IMG/VR virus record: IMGVR_UViG_3300044513_000463
Span: 1-25,923 of that record
Reading direction: 5' to 3' (one strand)
DNA: 25,923 nt
Source: a virus
Taxonomy: Duplodnaviria > Caudoviricetes
Below are positions 15,813 to 22,962 of the stretch, one piece after another. The notes below the pieces were generated by a model. The model searched no databases. It worked only from the letters and a program-made list of their open reading frames with translations, and had not been told where the DNA came from. The position numbers were made by a program, and so were the translations under genes. The stretch's first letter is position 1, and every line of letters begins with the position of its first letter.

Positions 15813-16390
15813 TCTTCGGTCTCCAATTGTTGGATAAAGTTTTCTCTAAACATACGAAACTCATTTTCTATCTTTTCTTCCATCTCTTCCCAAGACATAC
15901 CATCCCATTCTTCAAACGAACCATCTTCGTTGATATATCGGGCTTTGATAGCCAGTTTAAGAGCTTCTTTCTCAAGTTCGGCCTGTTTTAACCAAGCCTT
16001 ACCATTATTCAATAATTTCTCTCGTTCATATTGTTCAAATTTACCCTCAATCTTTAATTGGTGTTCCATATCGATTACACAATCAAAGCACATACCGTGG
16101 ATGAATTTCATCTTTAGGTCGTTTCTATTTGGGCTTGTACAAGTACAAACTTCTTTTTGACATTTGGGGAATGTGTTGATTTCATTTCTCAACTCTGAAA
16201 GTTTACCAAGTTTGACTTTGTATCCTTTCTTTTGTTCCCAAATGTTTCCCTCATCATCAGTCCATTGGTCACCAACTTCCCTTTTGATAAAGTCCTTACC
16301 CTCCCCAAAAGCAACAGTGTTTTTGGTTTGAGTTCGGTGATTTCCAGCAATCATTTCTTTGACTGCCTTAATATTTTGTAATTTTGACAT
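15809..16390 (-). CDS. Hypothetical protein with a Cys cluster (possible Zn binding)
   Basis: 193 aa; CQKEVCTC...HGMCFDC followed by a charged helical region. Confidence 0.65.
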   Translation of the reverse strand: MSKLQNIKAVKEMIAGNHRTQTKNTVAFGEGKDFIKREVGDQWTDDEGNIWEQKKGYKVKLGKLSELRNEINTFPKCQKEVCTCTSPNRNDLKMKFIHGMCFDCVIDMEHQLKIEGKFEQYEREKLLNNGKAWLKQAELEKEALKLAIKARYINEDGSFEEWDGMSWEEMEEKIENEFRMFRENFIQQLETEE

Positions 16391-16424
16391 AACTTTTTTA
16401 TATAGTTTTACTACAATAAGTATA

Positions 16425-18716
16425 TTAAAAATACATTAAACCCAAGATTTGGTTGAGTGACGCAAATGTACCTGTAAGTTTCATAGTGTATCCTTTATAT
16501 GCAAATACAATACCCTCGTTTGGTACGATTTTGTTTCTACCACCAACTGCGTTTAATCTTTCTAATTCCATTTTTAATTTTTCAATCTTCTTTGGGTCAC
16601 CCGACTTCTTAACATCTTTGATTGTTTGGTCAAGTCTCTTTTGCATATCTCTCAATGCTTTGTCTGGGTTAACCGTTAATGCTGATGACATAAATGATAG
16701 AACCTCAGCACCAACACCCAAGAAGATATCTTCGAACTTGCGTGTGTTTTCTTTGGCTATCTTTGCTTGGTCAATTTTGTCAGTCTTCTTGGCCCAATCT
16801 AATGTTTTATTATCAGTAATGTTTTTTGAATCTAATCGGAAACCTTTATCGTAGAATGCCCATCTTTTTACCAATCCCATTTTGGTTTTGTTATCTAATG
16901 TAGATGGGGAATTCTTATCAACATATTCTTCCCACCATCTTTGATGATATTCAGCAACACCATCACTATCCTTGAGTTTGAACTCTTTCTGAACTTTTGA
17001 TAATTGCCCAAAGAACTTTGACTTTAGTTTGGATAGTTCTTGATTTTGTGGAAGTTTAACAACAGGTGGTCCTTGGATTGTATACTTGGATTGTACATCT
17101 GCGTTCACTTGTTTAATCATCCCAGCAAGAATCTTTGCGTCAGAAGTGTCAGCACCAATTGCCTCACCCTTTTCATTATATTCCATAGTTCCGTGGAATA
17201 CTAATAGGGGTTGACCATATGGTACTACGTTTACTGACTCCGGCCAGATGACTTCAATGTTCATAAATTTTGAACCAGATTTGAAGACTTTTTCTTTTTG
17301 TGCATCTGATAGTTTTGAGATTGCGTTACTCAAATCTTTCATTGCAAAGTTATACGCATCGGTCAACCCACCTCTATTAGCAAACTTATCTGAAACACCT
17401 TTAATGTCTAATGCGTTAAGTCCTCTATCCTTGAGGTGAGATTTATTTCTTGCAGCGATGATACCTCTATCTTTTCTATATGAGATAGCGAGTGCCTGTC
17501 CATCTGTTTTTTCTCTTGTGAATTCTAACTTACCATTGAGTGCATTGTCAATGATGATTTTTAAATCACCAAAGGTCAATCCCAATTCAGTATCGAATGG
17601 GTGGTTCATATGACCATATGCACCACCTTCATTAAGAACACCTTCTTTAAGGTTATTCTTTTTTGCCTTTTGCTTTTCAGTATCAATTTTTGGAGTAAGA
17701 TTATCAAGTTCTTTTGGTTCAACAAACTTAACGAACTCCATACCTAAACGAAGGGCAACTCTCTTAATGTGTTTTGCCCATTTAGCATAACCGGGACGGC
17801 CCGTGATGTCTTTACCATATCGTTTAGTTTGTCCATCCATTGTGTCGCCAGTTGGGAAGAATGATACACCCAATCGGCCAGGTCCTTTGGGATATGTAGT
17901 ATCGATAAACGATTCCATAGAATCATCATCCATTAGGTATGATACGATTTCCCAGCCCAATCGTTCAGTAACATCTTCAGCTTCTTTTTTGAAGGTATTC
18001 ATATTACCATAGAAAGCACCCGGCCCATCATCCACAATACCCTTACCACTTGTCGGAATAGAGGATGCTTCATTAATTAGTTCGTTCATATCAAATGTCT
18101 GAAGGAATGACTCCATTACGGACTCTACCTTAGCAATACGACCTGAAACTAAATCAAAAATCTTTTGGTTAAACTTTGGGTATACTTTCTTGAAGAATTT
18201 AACTCGTTCTTGCTCATCTGGATTTGACATACCTTTACGAACTTCGGTGCCGGATATACCATTACCTTGAGATGGGGCTGCGTAGACATACCCACCATCT
18301 TTCATAGAAATACTCGCATCACCCTTATATGGTCTGAAGTATTTACCACCCAATCGATTTTTATCCTTCTCACCAACTACCGTAATAAATGCGGTGGTAT
18401 CCTCATCAAATTTACCAAGAATTTCTTTTGGAGCATATGGGTTCTTTACTTGGACAATCCTATCTTTTGGAATACCAAACATCGTGTTCATAATCTGAAC
18501 CTTCTCCTTGAAACGGAATGGTGACTTTGGTAATTCTACTTTATCAGATGTTCCAATGTATACGTTTTCCTTACCAAACTTTTTAACCAAATGTTGGTAT
18601 GTTGCGTTATGACCCGAATGGAATGGATGAAACCTTCCTACATAGGTTACGACTGTTTTTTTGATGTCTTCAGTAAGGATTGATTCCGTTACCCATTCTT
18701 TTATTAATTGTCCCAT
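16425..18716 (-). CDS. HxGH cytidylyltransferase-like domain fused to a KxDG ATP-dependent ligase-like domain
   Basis: N-terminus: YVGRFHPFHSGH, VVGEKD, ISGTEVR. C-terminus from about 17627: EKTDGQ (motif I), ARNK, NIEVI, EGIVF (motif IV), MKLTG (motif V). Confidence 0.7.
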   Translation of the reverse strand: MGQLIKEWVTESILTEDIKKTVVTYVGRFHPFHSGHNATYQHLVKKFGKENVYIGTSDKVELPKSPFRFKEKVQIMNTMFGIPKDRIVQVKNPYAPKEILGKFDEDTTAFITVVGEKDKNRLGGKYFRPYKGDASISMKDGGYVYAAPSQGNGISGTEVRKGMSNPDEQERVKFFKKVYPKFNQKIFDLVSGRIAKVESVMESFLQTFDMNELINEASSIPTSGKGIVDDGPGAFYGNMNTFKKEAEDVTERLGWEIVSYLMDDDSMESFIDTTYPKGPGRLGVSFFPTGDTMDGQTKRYGKDITGRPGYAKWAKHIKRVALRLGMEFVKFVEPKELDNLTPKIDTEKQKAKKNNLKEGVLNEGGAYGHMNHPFDTELGLTFGDLKIIIDNALNGKLEFTREKTDGQALAISYRKDRGIIAARNKSHLKDRGLNALDIKGVSDKFANRGGLTDAYNFAMKDLSNAISKLSDAQKEKVFKSGSKFMNIEVIWPESVNVVPYGQPLLVFHGTMEYNEKGEAIGADTSDAKILAGMIKQVNADVQSKYTIQGPPVVKLPQNQELSKLKSKFFGQLSKVQKEFKLKDSDGVAEYHQRWWEEYVDKNSPSTLDNKTKMGLVKRWAFYDKGFRLDSKNITDNKTLDWAKKTDKIDQAKIAKENTRKFEDIFLGVGAEVLSFMSSALTVNPDKALRDMQKRLDQTIKDVKKSGDPKKIEKLKMELERLNAVGGRNKIVPNEGIVFAYKGYTMKLTGTFASLNQILGLMYF

Positions 18717-18724
18717 AATAATAA

Positions 18725-21700
18725 TTATCCTTGACTCTGACTTAACTGAAGTTTTAATTGATTTACTTCATTAGAAAGTTCTTGTATTGCTTTAATCATT
18801 GGTGAGATTAACTCAGCATATCGTAATCCCATCATAGAGCCGGTGGTTAGACCTGCGAAATCTAAAGTGGTTTTACCAACACCGGATAGAGATGAACTTA
18901 CTTCTTGTGCAATCAATCCGTAGTGTGTTCGTGTCTTACCAATCCAAGTGTAACTTACAGGTCGTAATGAATTTACAAATGTAAGGCCTAAATCAGATTC
19001 AACTATATTTTCTTTTTGATTTATATCCGAGGTTTGAATTGTGCCATTTGTAGCATATACATCATCCCATCGTGTTATTTTTAAACCACTACCAACATTG
19101 TCACCTTGTCCTAAATCATATACGTTATCACGGCCAGGAATAAGATTACCAAAGTGTGCAGTACCAAATTTAGTTGGAGCAAGTGCGGATTGTTCAAATT
19201 GTAATCCTTTTACAAACATACCTTCAGTAGATGCGGCTTTTAAAATTCGCAATTCAGCGATTCTAATATCATCTAAACTCGTAGAACCACCAGCCGCACC
19301 ATACCGATACCATTCTAATTTTATTCGGAAAGTTTGTCTTATGTTATATTGGTTACCAGCAAGGTATATTAAAGCATCTGTAAATGGGACTGATATTGGT
19401 AACCACTCACCTGCGTTTTGAGATGATATTTCAAATCTCTTTAACACGTTATTTGAGGTGTCTAATATCTCGACTCTAAATGTAGGTTGGAAACCACCAT
19501 ACGATTGGCCGATTCTAACTGCAGTTTGTAATACCAATCCGTTTATGTTTTCGGTAGATAGTAATGAAGATGGTATTGTTATATTCTCACTACGAATCCA
19601 ATAACTATAATTAGCACCCACGGATGCTACTGATGGAAATCTAAACACAACATTTTCAACCGTAGCATCGGTTGTATATTCTTCAGGATACCCATATGGT
19701 AATCCCTGTACCGAAATTCCATCATAACCCTTGATATCTGCCCAGCGTTTAAATGTAGGTGGTTCGGTGTTTTGAGTGTCATTCACACTCAATGCCTTGG
19801 TGTATTTTGATGCAGATATTGTTGTACCTATGAATGGATATGATGACATTCCCGAACCACTACCAACAGTCCAAGTATAATTACCATACGATATTGTTTG
19901 GCCAACATTTCCAATGTCAACTTTCGAGCCACCATAGAAATATGATGATGTAATATATGCGGATGAAGTTACCCACGACTCTAACAAATATTCATTGCTA
20001 CTATTTTTAGCGATTGTACCCACTACTTGTACATCATCAAAACGACCCAACTCTGCAATGATATTACCATCAATCTTTGCATCAGATGCTGTGATTTGTC
20101 CGTTTGCTTTTAATATAAGATTATCATTTGATGAATTGATTTGAGTTTCTGATACTTCAAAACCACCAATACTTGCAGATACAAATTTAGCAAAACCATC
20201 AGAGGTAATAGATGCCGATGCATTTGCAAGGGTAGATGGTGAACCACCAATTGTAGCGGGTGTAGTAAGTTGGTCAACTGCAAGGTCACCACGAACCGTC
20301 ATTGTACCATCTACATATTGTACATAGTTGTCAGTTGTCTTATCACCAAGTAGGATTGCCGAACCCGTTAATTCACCACTATCTCTTAAAATCAAATTGT
20401 TGTTTGAAGATGAGATGGTTGTGGAGTCAATTGAGAACCCACCAATCTCACCGAATGTTGCAATGATACCACCTTGAAGGAATACATTGTCAGTAGCAAG
20501 GCCAAAGCCAGGATTGGACCTATTGAATACTTTATTAGTATTTGCAAGTCCACTCAAATCGCCAAGTCTGGCTTTCAACTCAACATCATAAGTTCCACTA
20601 CCAGTTCTCTCAACAATATCAATGTATGGTGTTGATTGGTCGTTTGGATTTGCATTCATACGAATATAACCAGTACCAACTTTACCAGTAGAAACGATTA
20701 CTTGACTTTCTTCGTAATCTTGTGCGTTTGACCCAGTATCACCTACAAATGTATTTCCAGGAGTAGCACCACCAGTGTATCCACGTTCTACATAAATCTT
20801 ACCTGATATTGAATTTGGGTCTGACCCATCACCATCAAGTGATGATGATTCTATTAACACATATTCAGTTGTAAACCCGGTGTCAGAAATCTTTTTGATT
20901 TGTAATACTTCTCCGGCAGAAAACCCACTTGCATTTGCTACGGACATTGTAGTTTCCGATGCAAGTACACTTGACCCTGTAATTGTGGTTGAGTTGGCAA
21001 CAAATAATTGCCCACCAACTGCGTTTACACTTTCTTTCTCAAATGTGGTTGTTGCAAGTGTACCTCTAATCTTAACATTTTCAAATTCAGCTCTACCAGT
21101 TTCATCAATAATCCAACCTTTAAGGTTTGATACATAATCTTTGGTTTGAATTCTACCCGCCGAATTAATTTCTAAATTAGAACTAAAAATAGATGATGTG
21201 TTTACATTCCACCCACCAATACTTGCAGATACAAATCGGGCAAGTCCTTCCGAGGTGATAGATGAACTTGCGTTCAAATCAGTAGATTGTACACCACCAA
21301 TCGTGGCAGGAGTTCTAATATTATTTGCAGATAAGTCTGCTTCGATGATAGCATTTGCGCCAATAACCAATCTATCGTTTACAGGGTCTAAATGGAATAA
21401 AGATGAACTGATTTCAATGTTACCATCCGAACCACTTACAAATTGAGAATCGGATGTACCAATAAAGAATTTATCAGTTTTAACATCTAACAAGCCACCA
21501 TTTGCGGTTGTGAAGATGAGGTGTCTATCATCATTATCTCCAACAAACTGCATACCCACACCTTGTAAAACATCGGCGCCCATTTGCAATCCATTACTAC
21601 CACTATATATAATGAATCCACCTGGTCCAATACCCAATGATGCTGAAGTTACACCTTCATATCCAACTGATTTTAAGAAACCACTCGAATGACCACCCAT

Positions 21701-22942
21701 TTCAAGACCACTGCCAATTGCGTTTGCAATAAACAACGAACCGGTTACGATTGACTGATTACCACCAATGTATACGTTACCACCAGGGAACACAACATTC
21801 TTAATGATTGTTTCGGTTTTTGATACTTGACCTTGTTGGTTTAAGAATTGTACCTTTAGGGTCTTTACATCGTTGAGGTGTTCCGTTGGGATTGAAACAC
21901 GATATGTAAATGTTGTATCTTGATTTACTTTTGTATTTCCAACAAATTCAAAATCACCACCCGCGCCTTCGGATTTAATCAAAGTGTTTACCGAAGCAAT
22001 ACGACCCGTTTCTGGATTAACATTTGTAAGTGTTATATTTGCAAATGATATTTGGTTTTGGGTTGTTACCGTAGAAGCACTTGTAAAATATCTAATGTTT
22101 GCTGTTAATGCGTCACCATCTGAATATTCGTAGGTGTGTACTGACCCATCACTTCTACCATCACTTGATGTGAATGGTGAAGTTAATCTCAAGATTGTAG
22201 TTGAGTCTACATCTTTAATACTTGCTGTAAATGTTGTTGGTTGTGCTTGTCCTGTCAATCGTGGGAATAGTGTTGAATTACCAACATCTAAATAGATACT
22301 TCCGCTAATCATCTCGGAGTTGAAGGTGTTACCACTCTGCCACTCCAATGATGTTGTAGTTCCCCAAACCGATTTCTTATACTTTACATTTGTAGAGGTG
22401 TCAATCTCTCTTAATTCACCATTGGATTGTGGTAAGTTATTTACAACTTGAATTGAAGCAGATACACTACCCTTTGGTAAAACACTTGATTTAAATACAA
22501 TTTTTGATGGAGCCAGTTGTTGAATATCAATAGGAACTTTACGAGTCCATCTAACATTTGGCCTATCTCTAAACTCATCAGGTACATCTCGTGCAGTACC
22601 AACAATGATTACCTCACCGATGCCCGGCGCTGTATCGTGTCTATCACCACGGCCGGTATAAGTCCAAACTGAAATGATAATGGTGTCATCCGAGTTCTTT
22701 ATTGTAGAGAACTCATAATACATTGGCTTTCCGGCTTGGTCTAAAACCTCAACTTGAATTGGTGTATTTTCTTGTAACCTATCACGATTACCTTTTAGTC
22801 TTATCAATGACTTACCATCACCAAAGAATTCAGGAAACTCCACAATAGAAAAATACTCCGGAGACATATCCGAAGTATCCTCTATGAATACTCTTAAATT
22901 TTTGAGATTTTCTTTTGCTCTTCTTTTAAGTTCCAATGCCAT
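18725..22942 (-). CDS. Large virion protein, tail fibre/spike-like, with C-terminal intramolecular chaperone (peptidase S74)
   Basis: 1405 aa, G/S/T-rich beta repeats. C-terminal TIQTSDINQKENI...LRPVSYTW...HYGLIAQEV...LRYAELISPMIKAIQEL plus a coiled coil. SD AGGAG at 22950-22954. Confidence 0.8.
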   Translation of the reverse strand: MALELKRRAKENLKNLRVFIEDTSDMSPEYFSIVEFPEFFGDGKSLIRLKGNRDRLQENTPIQVEVLDQAGKPMYYEFSTIKNSDDTIIISVWTYTGRGDRHDTAPGIGEVIIVGTARDVPDEFRDRPNVRWTRKVPIDIQQLAPSKIVFKSSVLPKGSVSASIQVVNNLPQSNGELREIDTSTNVKYKKSVWGTTTSLEWQSGNTFNSEMISGSIYLDVGNSTLFPRLTGQAQPTTFTASIKDVDSTTILRLTSPFTSSDGRSDGSVHTYEYSDGDALTANIRYFTSASTVTTQNQISFANITLTNVNPETGRIASVNTLIKSEGAGGDFEFVGNTKVNQDTTFTYRVSIPTEHLNDVKTLKVQFLNQQGQVSKTETIIKNVVFPGGNVYIGGNQSIVTGSLFIANAIGSGLEMGGHSSGFLKSVGYEGVTSASLGIGPGGFIIYSGSNGLQMGADVLQGVGMQFVGDNDDRHLIFTTANGGLLDVKTDKFFIGTSDSQFVSGSDGNIEISSSLFHLDPVNDRLVIGANAIIEADLSANNIRTPATIGGVQSTDLNASSSITSEGLARFVSASIGGWNVNTSSIFSSNLEINSAGRIQTKDYVSNLKGWIIDETGRAEFENVKIRGTLATTTFEKESVNAVGGQLFVANSTTITGSSVLASETTMSVANASGFSAGEVLQIKKISDTGFTTEYVLIESSSLDGDGSDPNSISGKIYVERGYTGGATPGNTFVGDTGSNAQDYEESQVIVSTGKVGTGYIRMNANPNDQSTPYIDIVERTGSGTYDVELKARLGDLSGLANTNKVFNRSNPGFGLATDNVFLQGGIIATFGEIGGFSIDSTTISSSNNNLILRDSGELTGSAILLGDKTTDNYVQYVDGTMTVRGDLAVDQLTTPATIGGSPSTLANASASITSDGFAKFVSASIGGFEVSETQINSSNDNLILKANGQITASDAKIDGNIIAELGRFDDVQVVGTIAKNSSNEYLLESWVTSSAYITSSYFYGGSKVDIGNVGQTISYGNYTWTVGSGSGMSSYPFIGTTISASKYTKALSVNDTQNTEPPTFKRWADIKGYDGISVQGLPYGYPEEYTTDATVENVVFRFPSVASVGANYSYWIRSENITIPSSLLSTENINGLVLQTAVRIGQSYGGFQPTFRVEILDTSNNVLKRFEISSQNAGEWLPISVPFTDALIYLAGNQYNIRQTFRIKLEWYRYGAAGGSTSLDDIRIAELRILKAASTEGMFVKGLQFEQSALAPTKFGTAHFGNLIPGRDNVYDLGQGDNVGSGLKITRWDDVYATNGTIQTSDINQKENIVESDLGLTFVNSLRPVSYTWIGKTRTHYGLIAQEVSSSLSGVGKTTLDFAGLTTGSMMGLRYAELISPMIKAIQELSNEVNQLKLQLSQSQG

Positions 22943-22962
22943 TAATGGACTCCTGCCGTTTC

